Below, piece after piece: positions 36,601 through 51,600 of a stretch of DNA of 64,000 bases (position 1 is the stretch's first letter; every line of letters begins with the position of its first letter). Source of the stretch: Azolla caroliniana. Lineage: Eukaryota; Plantae; Polypodiophyta. Position numbers and translations under genes: made by a program. Location of the stretch: the NCBI GenBank assembly GCA_043228905.1, contig JBHGNT010000003.1, positions 20,956,001-21,020,000 of the forward strand. Reading direction: 5' to 3'. The notes under the pieces were generated by a model. The model had not been told where the DNA came from and searched no databases. It was given only the letters and a program-made list of their open reading frames with translations.

Positions 36601-39128
36601 ATGGGAGCGGCACTAGTGGGTTGATCCATTTATATCGAGTGTAAATTTGACATATTTCTTGGCGTATTACTCTATTACGGTCCTCATGAGGGATTAAAGT
36701 TTTATCAGCCTCTTGGTTGTACCTAAGAGGGGGTAGATTATTAATGTCTAGTTTGTCTACAAGAAGCCAACTCACCACAATGCTATACCAAGAGCTAGTA
36801 TCGCCGGACTTAAAGAGTGATCAAGATGCTCAAAAGCTTGACGAGATATTCTATCTTGTGATTGGCTATGTATCTTATGAATAAAAATAAGTTGGAAAAG
36901 TGTTTCTACTAGCATCAAGGGTAAAGTAAACTTTGCTCTAATAATGTCATGTGGCACTATCGATTTGCTTCGGAGTTATGTGATAACATCGTCACCAATG
37001 GTCTCTCTAATTGCGTCCACATGAAAGATGGTAGCACTGGCGCCCAAACCGCTGATGCATACATGAGGGACAGGGTCACTAATGAGTCGAAGAGCCACCC
37101 TTGAGTTTGTGGCTTTTGAAAGTATGCTTGGTGGCATTGCTTCTTTAAGGGTGAGAGGGATGTATATCCCTCGTTAGTCTATCTTTGGCTGCTTGTGTCA
37201 TTGAAAATTTACCTGAGTGAGCATTGAAAGTGACTCCAAGATATACATATGATCCAACTACCTCAACTAGTCTATGAGAGAGGGTTAGGTGACATTTAGT
37301 CCTAACTCCAGCATATGTGTGGAAGATAAGGACATTAGTTTTCCCTACATTCACTACCAATCCTCTTTGTGTGCAAAAGTCATCTAAGGCATTAAGGTCC
37401 CTTTGTGGGTCGTGTTCAGACTCAAAAAGTAAAACTATGTCTTCTACATAAAGCAAGAGATTGACTTGCATACCTCTAAGGATTACTCCGTTGCCTCCCT
37501 TACGAGCAATAAAAACAGTGATCTCATCAATGTAGATCCCAAAAAGAATCGGTTATAGGGGGCAACCTTGTTTTACACCAATTGTGCTAGTGAAGCAATT
37601 GGATAGGCCACCTGGGCATCGTACACACCCAGAGACTTGCTCGTATAAAACATAGATGACCCAAATCATGTCATTTGGTATCTCTAGGCTTTTAAGCCTA
37701 TCAAACAACCGCTCTCTAGGAACGGGGTCAAAGGCTTTGCGGAAGTCCATGAAACAACAATATAATTTCTTCTTGCAATCCTTCGTCTGATTAATTAAAC
37801 ATTTAAGTGTGAAGATATGGTCAATAGTAGAGAAGGCTCATTTAAGCCAGCCTGTTCAGGTGCTCGAAGATTTAATGTCTCTATATGATCATTGAGCTCT
37901 GCTATGTTTTATGCACAGGTTAATAGCTCGGGAGTTATGCCAATCATTTTCTCTACTTCAGCACTTGCTATTCCTGGTGCTTTAGCTCGTTTTACAGGGG
38001 CCGAGGTGTTGAAAAACGCTGCTATAGCACTATATCCAGGAGGTGAAGTATCAAATTCTCTTTATAGATTCGTGTTCTTTTTTTCCTCATTTTAATATAA
38101 AGCAATCTGTATGTCATCGTATGATAGAGTTCTGACTGTTACTCTCACTGAATATGCCATTTGATCTTTGTGTTTTTATTCAGGTGCATTGTACTTGCCA
38201 TTCAACGTCTTCTTAATTTCTTTCTTCAATTATTTCTATACTTTTCTTCAGCTTGACCCTATAGATGTCAGTGATCAGCTGAAGCGTCAGGGTGCATCCA
38301 TTCCAACAATACGTCCTGGAAAGTCAACTGCAACCTTCATCAGCAATGTAAGACTTTTTCCCCTTAGCATTTTGTAAGCATTAAGCATTTTCTAATGCAT
38401 TTGTATACCATTTTCTAGGCCTTTTTCTTCTAGCAATCTTTTTACTTTAAATTAGCAGATACCTTGGGAGTTTGCTCAATATATAATAATATCAATCTGG
38501 TGTTGACAAAATATAGAGCAAAAAACTGTTATCACTCAAGAGAGGAGGTCTAGAATCCCTAATGCTAAATTGGCGGTTTGTACAGATAAATTCTAAACCC
38601 TAACCATTTCATAACTAACACCCTAAATCATAACTACTAAATCTCAACCACTGGCTGCTGAACCCAACGCCCTAACCACTAAATTCTAAGCCTAAAAGTG
38701 GGGCCCCATTAAGAAGGTAGGGAAGCTGGGATAAGGGAACATGATAAGCTTTTAAAAGCTGGTAGATCATCAAGCTCCCTGCTTCTGGAATGACAACATT
38801 TTTATGAGCAATTTTTCATACTGTAAATTCAATCGACAGTCTACAGTCTCCACAATAATAGTGGTATTGATGTTTTCGTGTCTTTTGGACATAGGTGTTG
38901 GGTCGGATTTCAGTACTTGGTTCTTTATTTCTTGGAATAATGTCTGCAGCACCTTCTGTTGTTGAAGCAGTCACACATTTAACTGCATTCCGAGGGTTTG
39001 CTGGGACCTCGATTCTAATTCTTGTTGGTTCTGCTACTGATACCGCGAGGAAAGTTCAGGCTGAAATTATTTCACAGAAATATGAAGCAATTGATTTCTA
39101 TGACCTGAACGATAAAAGGCAAGAATGA
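30393..39128 (+). CDS. SCY1: Chloroplast preprotein translocase subunit SecY (nuclear-encoded, 8 exons)
   Basis: Exons 30393-30607, 32619-32770, 33227-33612, 34356-34655, 34744-34833, 37919-38042, 38184-38347 and 38895-39128 join in frame. Ser-rich transit peptide, VFDPL, SLGIVPFINAQIVFQLL, LGNGTSFLIF, VNSSGVMPIIF, GTSILILVG. An alternative in-frame ATG is at 30384. Confidence 0.95.
35073..35299. repeat. 114-bp tandem duplication in SCY1 intron 5
   Basis: ATGCATAT...GGAGGTTGATC units start at 35073 and 35187. Confidence 0.9.
36195..37860 (-). mobile_element. 5'-truncated, decayed non-LTR retrotransposon (RTE/RTEX-like ORF2) in SCY1 intron 5
   Basis: FMDFRKAFD, GVKQGCPL, LLYVEDIVL, YLGVTF, and C-terminal HQLEIENGR...RICRLC...EDEYHLTCKC. 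Confidence 0.85.
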
Positions 39129-42100
39129 TGGATGGTCTAATGAAGAAATATTGTGCTTCGAGTTTAAAAGCTGAAAAACTTTATATCCCAGAAAGATGAG
39201 TCCATCTGAAAATGAAAGAAATGTGAATGATTGCAATTTGGCTACAATCACAGCCAAAGAAGCTAGCAAAACATACTTCAAAAGAGTATGTGTATAGAAC
39301 TTTTACCCTAGTGCACATAATGAATGAATGATTAAAAGCACATCAGTGCTCATATTAGTGTTTATAGGGGCCCATAGGGGGATGCAAAGCTCGAAGCCTT
39401 ATTGGGTGTATTTATATCCTATTTGTTTCTTAAACCAAAATAATTCCTCTGGTTCTTGAAATTTCTTATTTAGTGGTAGAATTTTCTTCTTGTTGCCTTG
39501 AAATTCCAAGATTGTGTTAAATGATGTGTATATTGTAGATTGTGAATGGTATCTATGTCAAGGGCTTGCCCCAATGCCTTGTCAAATGAGTGTGAACTAA
39601 GTCACATGGAAGCAATGGTTTAGCTAGCAATGAAATGGGCTCTAGTATATATCAAGGTGTGGGGCTTCCCAATTTGGGGAAGAATATTGTATTGTAGTTA
39701 GGTGAAACATATGTACTGTAATATGTGAAACACAAGCCTCAACATTTTTCCCATGTTATGATACTTTCACATTACAAAAAAGCCTCATTTAGAAAAGGAA
39801 TTTATTGATGCATCATGAAGTTTGTTGCATCACATCTTCCAAATATTTTTTCATATCATCCACGAGAGAAAGAGATAGATCAAGAGATAGCAAGGGAGAG
39901 AGAATTAGATTTTGTCCCTTGGGAGGGGAATAAACATATACATATTAAATGTGTCACCTTCGTAAGGTGTCGGTGCCGTAGCCAAGGACTTGTTTAAAAT
40001 GAGGAAAATAAGAGAGAAATGCGTGGAAATTGACAATGTATTAACAATGAGAACAAGGATTACAAGGATATGCCATAGATGGGCGTTGAACTAGAATGGT
40101 TCATTAATACTTGGATACATACTTATATAGCATAGTGTGGACACATGCATGCTCCCCACCTCGTAGGCACACATGATCGCTACTTGGCATTCATGCAAGC
40201 ATGACACTTGGTGATCATGTGTTAGGCCATGCAAGATGGTGACATTTCATAATATTGTATTATATGTCGTAACGGTCTAATGAAAGTTAAGTGGTTGAGG
40301 TTATACATCTTTTTTGAAGAGGCCATGGGTTCAAATCTCTATTACGAGCTTGGAGTTTTGATATATGTTCATAATAGAAGGTGGATTACATGCTACTTTC
40401 TAGTAAACAAATTCAATGAAAAAATAATGCATGCACCTATGTTTTAAACTTTCGAAGTGTGCTTTGCATACTGCACTAAAGTTACCATGCCACTTAACAA
40501 TTCTTCATCAATTTCATAAATCACGTTATATGTTAAGCATACAATAAGTCCACCAAGTCTTCATTGTATACCTTGTTGCTTTCTAAGGCTTTTACACTAT
40601 GTCAATGCCTAACTTGTGCAATAATTTGGAAGAGGTGAAAAAGCTCCATGTGAGGTAATACTCATTAGGATGATAAGATGTAGCTCGATACATTGTGTCA
40701 TTCTTGGCTCGTACTAGGTTCAACATTTGATGTTGATGTTTGCAATGTAAACTTCTTTTTGACTTTTTACCAACTTGTTATTTCATTCTCAACAATAAGT
40801 ACATCCATTAGGTTTGCTTTAATGATCTTGTACTTCAATATATCATCTATATCCCCATCTTTTTTATGATCGCGATTGGTGACAAGATTGGCAAAACATG
40901 GATCATGCCTACATAATATTGTCAAAGCATGGACCATTCCTACACATAAGTGAACTTTACACATACCTACATAAGTGAACTATAATAAATGCCCAAATAT
41001 CCAAACTGAAATTACAACTAGTTGAAAAATCTCAAATTTCAATACATGCCAACATTACTCAAGCTTTACAACCAACCAACCAACCAAATAAGACAAGAAG
41101 TCATAATCATCATTATTCTCATGCTATTTGATGGCTTGTTTTCCACCATTCACTCAACATATCATGGGCTCCAATGTTGATAATTAGGTTGGACAAACAT
41201 ATCCATTCAATATACCTAAGAGAAATGTTTGTTGATTCATTGATCCTTGTCATTTTTTCACATGAATACACACTTTATGAGTAAGTAATTCATTGGATTT
41301 AGCTTTTTTAAGTCATGAACATTAACATCCCATTGAAACTAATCTTAAATTGAAAGAAGGAATTGTCTAATGATCAAGTAATGCTTATGTTGGAGTAGTG
41401 GACATTGTCTTCTTGTCATTATCAATGAGATCTACCAAAAACTTCATGAAATGGTTTTTAAATCATCTTTGTGTTCTACTACAATTATGGATTACTCTCA
41501 TGAGATAAGCTTGTTGGTACCTAATTCCAATATGCACAATGCGACTTAAATTTAATATGAGTAATCATATATGCTAAATGCGAAGCTAAACTTTTAAGAT
41601 CATTGAATACTTTTCTAATGCGATGGAACATGACCACATTAATTGACAAACAACCCCCTTGAATGACCCCATCACAAAAGTGACCAAATATGACTATACA
41701 TTTATGACAATACGTTGAAGGGTTAGGTGTTAAGTCAAGTGATTACAACATACAAAAAATGGAATGGGATGGTTGGGTTAGTGAGGAATGATGGGTTTAT
41801 GGCATGTCGATATTGAACCTCTGGCATGTTGTATATCTCCAATTATATTGATGCAATTATCATTTTTAATATGAAGATTCATTCAAGACGATCCAATTGG
41901 ACATTACTTGTTTCGTGCATACAAAGATGAGGGAAGCTCATTTCATGAGATCCAATGTTGATGGGGGTCTCTCTTGAATGACATCAATGTCGTCCATGAT
42001 AAGATGCTTTGTTGATCAACATCATCAGTGGTGTATGATATTACTACAAATATATATTGATTTAATTGTCATTTATAATATGGAGTAGCTCATTCAAGGT

Positions 42101-42649
42101 CATCGAGGACAATCAAGCATGAAAACTCAACCAATTAGGTTTCTTTTAGATGGATATTGTGGAGGTTTCTTCAACAATAGTGTTGAGCATGCGTCTTCAT
42201 GTGAGATTCTTTCGAAGAGGTCACGGTCTATCCATACATATACGTCTCATGAGCATATAAAAAACCATCCAATTTGGGGGCACTTGAACTCATGAACTCA
42301 CCAATACATGGCTTAAACCTTAGCTAGTCATATTAATTATATATGATAGTCACTTACGATAGCCAAAACGACTAACATGTACACCAATTACTAGCGAGCA
42401 TGCACTATTGTTATGTGGACCATAGATTGATGTAAGGTAGAGACCAAGGATAGGTTTCACGATACTACATAGATAGAACACTTATAAGATTGTTAAACCA
42501 TCTCACTCAAACATCAAACTTTAGTGTGTAGTCTTATGCTTTGTTCTCCTTGTCAATGATAATATTTCATGTTGTTTTAGCTTCACCTCTTCACAATTTG
42601 TGTTTAGGGGTTAACAAATGTTCCTTCTTCCTCCTCTTCTTATTTTATA

Positions 42650-42958
42650 GTATGCAATGAAGGCATGGTAGAGGATGAATGTCACTTGCTCTTCACATGC
42701 TCGACATATAGTGCAATTCATTCAAGATATGTTGACATACTAAGAGGGAGTGATAACTTAAGTGCCTTACTTAAGACAACACCGAGAAGGTTGAGCTCAT
42801 ATGTGTATGCTTTATTCACACATAGAGACTTTGTGCTTCAATGTATGAATACCCCTTCTTAGGAAGGAGACATATATCAAGAACATATGTATACTTTGGT
42901 CCCATAGGTCAAAATTGGCCTCTTTATGGACGATAAAAATTCTAATTCTTATTCTTCA
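42650..42958 (+). mobile_element. 3' fragment of a related LINE
   Basis: VEDECHLLFTCSTYSAI...DIL matches the C-terminus of the intronic LINE. Confidence 0.65.
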
Positions 42959-43759
42959 GATGAAGCTTGGGATTTGCATGTAGCAAGTGTACTCCAAAAA
43001 GGCACATCAATAAGGTCTACTAAACTAAGTATAACAACTAAAAGTAACTCTATTACCTTTATGATAGCAATCTTCGAGATGCCAAAAGGCATCCAAGGAA
43101 CTAATGATCAACCTACCTTGCAAGTTCAAAAATACATAGTCTCCATTTCAAGGATTTGTAAACCTAGTGCATCAAGTGATTGAGGTGCATCCTAGGAATA
43201 TCAAGTAGGCATAGCTCAAGTTGGAGTTTTTGTTGACAACCTATATTAACATAATTTGAATTATTTCTAAAAAAGAAGTTACCTTTACTATAATTTTTCG
43301 AAGGCTATATCAAGGAATTCCAAGCAAGTTTTGGAGATATGGATATTGTAAAATGATGATAAGTTTTCTTGAAGTCTACAAAGTGGCAATATAAACCTTT
43401 ACCTCTCAAGAGACTTTATTCAGTTAATACTGAAAGGGTGACTACATGGTGATTGATTGTTCTTTGGTGTTTTCAAATGCTAGCTTGTCCATAAGCTCTC
43501 TTGATATTTATATTCACTTGGGTCCCTAAGTTCTTCCACGCTCCTCCAAAGATACTCACGTTGCACTATATCAAATTACGTTGATTTGAAGTCTATGAAG
43601 CAACAATATAATCCCTTACCTCTCAAATAACTTTGTCCAATTAATACTCAAAGGATGGCAAGGTGATCAATGGTGCTTTGGTGTTTTTGAAAACTAGCTT
43701 GTCCATAAAATCACTTTCCATTTTATATTCACTTACAAAACAAGAAGAAGAAGAAGAAG

Positions 43760-45230
43760 AAGTTTAAAGACAAACATAATTGTGATTTTCCTCGACAACA
43801 ATGGAGCTTTTGTGTCCATTGATAAAGAACATCTTGTTTCTAGATGTGAAAGGCAAACATGTAGTTGTGAAGTACTTCTCTGACATTGGCCAACCTCTCT
43901 GTTAAGATCGCCTCTAGAAATATATCTTCTCCAAAGCTCAACATACAAATGCACGATAAAAAATGAACATACGTATGTTTGATGGACACATTGTTGTTTA
44001 TAAGTTTGTGCGTAATCTCCATTTGGAAAAGGGGGAAGGGTTTGAATCTTGGATGGTGCATAAAGACACTACCCTTTTTGCATTTTGATAAAAAGATTGT
44101 AGGTGAGCATTTAATACGTGTTGTGTTGCCAATGGCACATGATACATGTGTTGCTAGGTTTCCAAGAATTTGGATCCCTCGAAGTTGAAGCTTTCTCGAA
44201 CGAAGGCTTTCTTCTAAACCACGATTCGCCGAAGCAAGAGATTCCCCAAAAGAGATCATTCCCAAAAAGGGGATTACATGAGGGCTACCCACAAATGGTT
44301 TGAGGTCTTCTCTCATGCCATTGTGTCCTCCCTAATTCAAGTCCATCGTGGTCTCACTCAAGTAGACATGCACGTGCACATTTATGCCCTCCCTTTTTTG
44401 GGTCGGGTCTCAACTACACAATGTCAACGTCATCTTTAAATTGATGCAATGCATTACCAATTCTTGATGGTTGACAGATATCTATTCCTTTGAATTTCAT
44501 TATAGATCTCCTACTTCCAAACTTTTTGATTCCATTCTCATTATGGTGGATCAACTTACTACGACGATGCATTTCCTTCTATCTCTAAGATGAAACATTA
44601 CGTCTAGTTATATGAAAGGTATTTAAGCATCCTATTTTCCAAACAATACTATTGGTGATGTTGGACAATTGTTCATCTCATAGTTTTGGAAACATTTGTT
44701 CATGTGACCCAGAATTCCTTGTAAGCTCTTTTCGAGTTATCATTCACATAGTGATGCCCAAAATGATGTATTTATCAAATTTTGGAGCAGTATCTTTGTT
44801 GTTTCGTTAACTACCAAGAGGACAATAGGGTCAACTTCCAATAATTCAATGCATTCTTCCATGTAGGGCAATTCATTATTTAGAAATACCAGGCATCACC
44901 CTTGTTGGTATATGTCAGAACACCTTGAAGTCTCTCTGAGTACTATCTATGAAAATTGTATAACTCAACTCTAAGAGATTAAGCCCAAACATTCTCAGTA
45001 GTTAGGAGATGCCTAAATGGATCATCATCAACTTGAACCTAATTAGAGAGACCAAAATTTCAAGTTGCAGATCTCATATTATTATTGTGGCTTAATCATA
45101 AGAATTATAGACCATTAAATGAGTCAAACTATCAATGTCCCTTTTTATCCGAATTTCCCTTCACATATGTGTCTCCCCACCCACTGGTCCACATCTCACA
45201 AGTGGCATGTTGTGCGTCTAGTTCCATTTT
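43760..45230 (+). pseudogene. Highly degenerate Ty3/gypsy integrase region
   Basis: Broken frames giving FIIDL, DSILIMVDQLT, ILEQYLCCFVNYQ and HPLVHIS-like motifs. Confidence 0.5.
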
Positions 45231-45636
45231 AGATCAGAGTTGTTACACCTCCATTTCCAACAAAGCTTGTGGATGAACCATAGTATGGGATTGATGGGAT
45301 TTTGGACTTACATTCCCTCTCATCAATTGTTCTATCAGTCCATGAAATATCACGAGAAAGACATAGAAGTCTACTTATCATAGAGGAGAGACGAAACGCT
45401 CTATCCAAAGAACTACCATATACATGTTGATTAGGAAAGTATGATAAGAGCAGACCCTCAACTCGTAGTATATTTTTGTGAACATCAAAACTATACCCCA
45501 ATTCATCAATCTTCAAAGATACCACGAGATGTTTTTTTCTTAGGGCCTAGACATTAAGAACATGACAATTAAAGAGGTGACGAATGCATGAGAGTTGTTT
45601 GGGATTAAGACCTAATTATAGCAAACTAATTATAAT

Positions 45637-48600
45637 TCTAAAGAAATGAGTGGCGTAGGTGATGTGCAACGGAGATGAACTATGTGTGTGCAAGTATACG
45701 TGAGACAGGCATAGAGAGAGAAAGAGCTTAGAACAAGAAGTTATATTAGTGAAAAATAAAATTACATCCAACAGTAACTAAGTTACAAAAGGTTGGTTTA
45801 AATACCAACTAGTCTAGGGCAACTACCCTTTCTGTTATTTACAAAACTAGCCTAGTGTTTCCATTGGCTAGTGTGAAAACCATTTTATTGGGGAAGTTGA
45901 GTTCGATTCTCAACACGCCCCTTCGAACACAACTTCCGGATGCCAAAAAATTTGTTCGGTTCGGTCTTCGAAATACCTTGATTCGACTGAATCGGCTTCG
46001 ACTTTCGAGTTACTCCTATTCTGTTGTTCAAATGAATTCGGCTTTCTACTCTATTGTGAGGATAGTCAGCCAGAACGGTTTCGACTGTTCGATTGCTTCA
46101 TGCTCCTTGTTCGGCTCGATTGTCATCATCATACTTTGACTTCCCTAGTCGACTTTGATCAATTGATCGACTGCTATCATCATACTTCAACTTCCCTGGT
46201 CACCTTCGATCGATTGATCGATTGCTATTCTATACTCCCCCCTCAAGTTCGGCAAGACGTGTATCGTGAGACCAAGGTCCGATGTAAATTGCCCTAGCTT
46301 GTTGACTCCTAAGGCCTTGGTGAAGATGTCGCCAACTCAAATGTTCGTGTTGATGTGTTGTAGGTTGACATCTTCGACCTGAACGTGTTCTCGGATGAAG
46401 TGATAGTGTACTTCAATGTGTTTAGTCTACGCGTGGAACACCGGGTTCTGAGCCAGATGAATACTACTCATGTTGTCGCAGTACAAGAGAATTGGATCCT
46501 TGACGGGAGTGTCCAAATCCTTCAGTATACACTTTAGCCAAACGACTTCGCATACGACGACGTCTGTGCCCTTGTATTCGGCCTCTTTGCTCAACAATGT
46601 GATTGTCAACTACTTTTTGCGACTCCAAGAGATGGCTCCGCTGCCAAATGAGAAGACGAATCTAGACATTGATCATCTATCGGCCTTATAGCCGGCCAAG
46701 TCTGCCTCTATGTACCCTTCAAGACAAATGATCGTATCTAACTTATATATGATGCCATAATTGATCGTCCCACAGACGTACTTGAGTACTCTCGTAAAAC
46801 AATCTAGATGTATATCCTGAGGTTTCTACATGAATTGGCTAAGTAGACCGACTGAATAGCTGAGGTCAGGCCGTTTGATGATTAGGTAGATTAAGTTGTC
46901 GATACTGAGTCGGATCACACTCTTTTGTCCCTAAGTTGGCATCGAGCTTAAGGTTGCGATCGAGTGGGGTTGACACAAGTTTGCACTCAGTCATTCTGAA
47001 CTTGTGGAGTAAGTTGAGAATGTAGTGTCGTTGGGAGATCATTATCCCAACTGGTGTCTGAATTACTTCAATACCGAGGAAGTAATCGAGCTCGTGCATA
47101 TGTTTCATTTCAAATCTACCGAATAGGAACAATTTCACCTTATTAATGTTGGCTAGATTATTTCCTCCGATGACCAGATCATCCACGTACAAGATGATCA
47201 CAATCGGGTTGTCCGACTTGTTTTTTATGTATAGGGATTTGTCTGATTTTGACATTCGAAAGCCGATTTGGTGAAGATATTGGGTGATCTTCGAATGCCA
47301 AGCACGCGGTGCTTGCTTGAGTCCATATAGCGGCTTCTTGAGTCGGCAGACTGCTGTCGGGTGTTTGGGCAATTCAAAACCAGGTGATTGAATCATGAAA
47401 ACCTCCTCTTCTAATTCAGCTTGGAGGAAGGCAATCTTTACATCCATTTGGTGGAGATGCCACCCTTTTGTAGCTGCGAGAGCAATGACTGTCTGAACAA
47501 TCGTCATCATTGCCATCGGGGCAAACGTCTCCTCATAATCGACTCTGTGTGTTTGAGCATATCCCTTGGCTACGAGTCGTGCCATGTAGCAATCGACCGA
47601 GTCATCAGTATTATACTTTACATTGAAGATGATTGCTTTCTTGTGTGGAGAATGGGGGAAGAGATCCCATGTATCGGTCTTGCATAGAGCGTGCATTTCT
47701 TCGTTCATAACCTCGATCCATCGTGGATCCTTGGCTGCCTCGGAAAAGGTTTCCAGTTCGCAGACTATCGCCACCTTAATCATCAAGGCATAATGATATG
47801 CCATATATTCATCATAGCTGAATCGGTTGACTGGGTTTTTCTCTCGGGTGGAGCGACGAAGCTTCTCATTTGCAAAGACTATGGTTTTCTTTGCTCCATT
47901 CATCCGGATGATTGGGATATCAAGGCATTCAAACTCACTATCAATGGAGTGAGTTAATTCGTTGTCAATTGGATCGTCGTATTTAGGCATTTTGTCCTTC
48001 CCTTTGTCCAGCTTCGAACTCAGTCGAGATGTGCTTTGATCGCTCAGGGGCTCTTGTGGTCCACTCAACCTTGTCATAATCGGACTTTCTTCGAACATGT
48101 GCCTCAATCGATCTTCGTCTTCTATCCCTTATTTGGCCAATTCCAGGTCGATTGGGGTCGGCATCGGAGTCATCTCTGGTTCGTACAGGAATGCCGACTT
48201 GTTGAATCGGATTGTAACATTTGTACCCCTTTTGTTCGAGTGAGTACCCTACGAGGATGCATTTCTCCAACTTTGGATCAAGCTTTTGTCGCTTCTTATC
48301 CGGAATATGTATATAGGCGATTGAGCAAAATATCCGGACGTGGGATAAATCCGACTTCTTTCTGAATAACTTCTCATGAGGGGTTACGTCGTGTACCCCA
48401 GATGTTGTACACCGTTGTGTTAGCCGCTTCAACCCAGTACAATTTTGGCAGGTTCTTCTCATTCATCATTGTCCTTGCCACCTCTAATATGTGCCAATTC
48501 TTGCGTTTGGCTACACCGTTTTGTTGATGTGTGTGTCAGCATGATAATTCTCGGCGAATTCCTTCCTTTCGGAGATACATTGTAAATTCATCCGAGAAAT

Positions 48601-51600
48601 ACTCCTTTCCTCCATCCGATCGAAGGCATTGAACATGCCCACTTGTGACTTTTTCAACTTCACTTTGTTCTTTTGCCGCATAGGATAAATCTAGGTATGC
48701 CTGGAGAAGTCGTCGATAAACGTGACATAATATCGACAACCATTCAATGTTGTTTCTTGACTGGTCCCCATACATCTGAATGTACTACATCTAGGATCCC
48801 TTTGCTCACGTTCCTCGCTTTCGGGAACGGTTGTCGATGTTATTTGCCGAACTCAAAGGATTCACATACACCTACCAACTCCTTTTCAGTAAAAGTCAGG
48901 AGTCCGATGATGACTCCTTTCGACTGCATTCCTTTGAGCTTCTGAAGATTGATGTGGCCAATTCGTTTGTGCCACAATTTCAAGTCGATTTCGACTTTGA
49001 GGACTTTTTCGAACATGACCGATTTCACCTCGTTCGATTCGAGGATGAACATTCGGCCTTCTCTTCGACCGTGAGCTACTAGTCGGCCTTCTTTTTCAAT
49101 AAAGCACCCGTCATTATTGAATTGTACTTGCATGCCTTGTTTGACAATCTGGCCGACTGAGACCAGGTTTTTCGTGATGGTTGGGACATGCAAAACATTC
49201 TTGAGGTAGGTTTGGTTGCCGTCGTTTTCGAATTAAACATTTCCGATATGCCGAATCGGGTGAGTTATGTCATCTCCGATTTCAACATAGTCGGGTCGAT
49301 TGGGCTTTCCCAACTCTCGGAACCAATCTTCGTGAGACGTCATGTGATTGGATGCACCAGAGTCTACAAACCATACATTGTCTGAGGAAGAGGTGTTGGT
49401 TGGGCGTTGTGTTGACATTGAATGTGTTTTATGCCTCATTACGAACATTCCGCCATGGTCATCATAGTCAGAATTCGTGACATAGTTTGTGAGTTGTCGG
49501 CTAGTCGAAGCCGACTCTCATTTCTTCTTTTGGCACTCCTCTTCGTAGTGACTGAGTTTTCCACATTACCTGCATTTGATTGGGTTGTTTTGGTGGCTCG
49601 GTCTGCCAGGATGGCTCCCTCTTTTGCCGAACTCCCTAGGAGTGTTTCTAGCCTCTTGCCAATGATGGGAATTGTGTTCTGTCGGTCTCCGTTTCCTCGA
49701 CCAAATCCTCTTCCATCATCCAACTGGGAGTTGAGCACCTGACCATCGGGTGCATTGCTCCTTTGTCAGGCATGATTTTCTTCAAACAACAATATCGATT
49801 GAAGGGCAAAAAAGGAGGGAGGATTCTTCCTTGCAAGAAAGGTCGATCTGATCGTGCCAAATCGTGGTGCTAGGCCGCCGAGGCATATTTGCACCATTTC
49901 ATCATCGTCGATTATGACATTGATTGACCTAAGGGCATCACACAGCTCCTTGATCTTCAATGTATAGCTGGTGATTGACATGTTCCTCTGTTGCATGTTA
50001 TTCAACTCCTGTCAGAGTTGAAGCTTACGTGCAGTTGTGTTGGCTATGAAGATTTTCTTGAGGTTGGCCCAAGCTTCCTTTGACGTTTTCGCCTCTCGAA
50101 TATAGCCGAGCATATGATCATGAACACATATTGTCCAACAAGGTATTGATGCATCTTGTATTCCCAAGATGCAAAGTTTGTCCTATCGAGCTTCTCTGTA
50201 GGAAGAGCGCTTCCCATCTGAGTATTCATGATGTCGATTTCTTCTCTGTTGTTGAGCCAGTCTTGTTGATCGTCGGTGTGTAGCACAACACAGTTGAATA
50301 AACTCGATCAGAAAACCACACACTCTGATACCATGTAAAGAAATAAGAGGCATAGGTGATATTGTGCAGCAGAGATGAACTATGTATGTGCAAGTGTAAG
50401 TGAGACAAGCAGAGAGAGAGAAAGAGCTTGCAAGAAGCTATATTAGTGAAAAATAAAAATATATCCAATAGTAACTGTAAAAGATTATGTGCGGAAGCAA
50501 TAGAAAATGAACACAGAAAACACGCAGGTTTAATGGCAAGCTTTACAGTACGCGAGAGAGATAGAGAAAGAGCAGAACAACTTAATTCTATTACGAAACA
50601 ATAATAGTTCTCTGTACATGAAACGTGCTCAACAACACTATTTATACAAGTCCTGAGAGGACTGACAGAAGTACCGCGTACCTCAATGCTCTCTCGAGCA
50701 TCTGGCACTAACTACGAGACTATTAACTCCCTAGTAGTCTAGTTGCTACTAGGCTTCCGGTTACTGATGGATCCAACTAACCAGCCCCCCAGCTCACTAG
50801 GTCACTTGCTCACTGGGTCACCGATCCGGCTCATCCTTCCGGATGCCGATCCGGTTCAGGCTTATTCAGCCGATCTGGATCCGGTTGAGCTTGCCGCTCA
50901 ACACTCCCCCTCAAGCTCAATTTGAGGTCGGATCGTAGTGTTAGTCTCTATGGTAGCCGGTCCTTCCACCTGGCTCCTTCTGGCGTCACTCCACCTCGCT
51001 TGCACTCCTCGTTCGTTCCGGTCCCGTTTGCCGCGACCCTTCTATTCCTGCGCACCTCGACTTCCTTGGTCGGCTTGTCTGCTCAACATGCCCAATTCAG
51101 CTCCCTCGCTGTTGTGACTTCGGCTTTTGCCGATTCGCCAATCCCTTCATGTTGGCGTCGACTTTTGCTGCCTTCTCGTCCTCTTGGCCTTGAATTGATC
51201 CGGTTCTTCTTAATCCTTCTGTAGAACCGAATCGGTTGTCTCCGATTCGTTCCAGCTCTTGTCTAAATCGGTTGCTCCCAATTCGTCTTCCGGTTCCAGG
51301 CCCTTCACCACATCGGACCATGTCCGGGTCTTGGCCTTCTTCTTCCGGTCGACTCTGTCCTTCTTGACTCTACCTCCGCTGCTGCTTGTTCCGACTTGTT
51401 CAGATGTGTCAACTTCCTTTGTCGACTTGGCTCCTTTCTTCTTCTTGTCTCTCCCCTTGTCGGTTCTTCCCTCACTGGCGCAATCGGCAGTCTCTTTGCC
51501 TTTGCCCGTTCCAGTGGTGTCTTTGCCCATTCTCGAGATGTTGAACACCAACCATTTCGGTGAAGTGCTGCAACTTGTCTGATCCGAGCGGTTTGGTGAA

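Noticed and set aside
30393-39128. Plastid DNA insertion or bacterial secY
   Set aside because: Spliceosomal introns and an N-terminal transit peptide show it is an ordinary nuclear SCY1.
40270-40345. tRNA gene (GGTTCAAATC B-box-like motif)
   Set aside because: No cloverleaf can be folded by eye. At most a decayed tRNA-derived SINE head.
39800-42600. Possible old retroelement debris
   Set aside because: Too degenerate to assign without a search.
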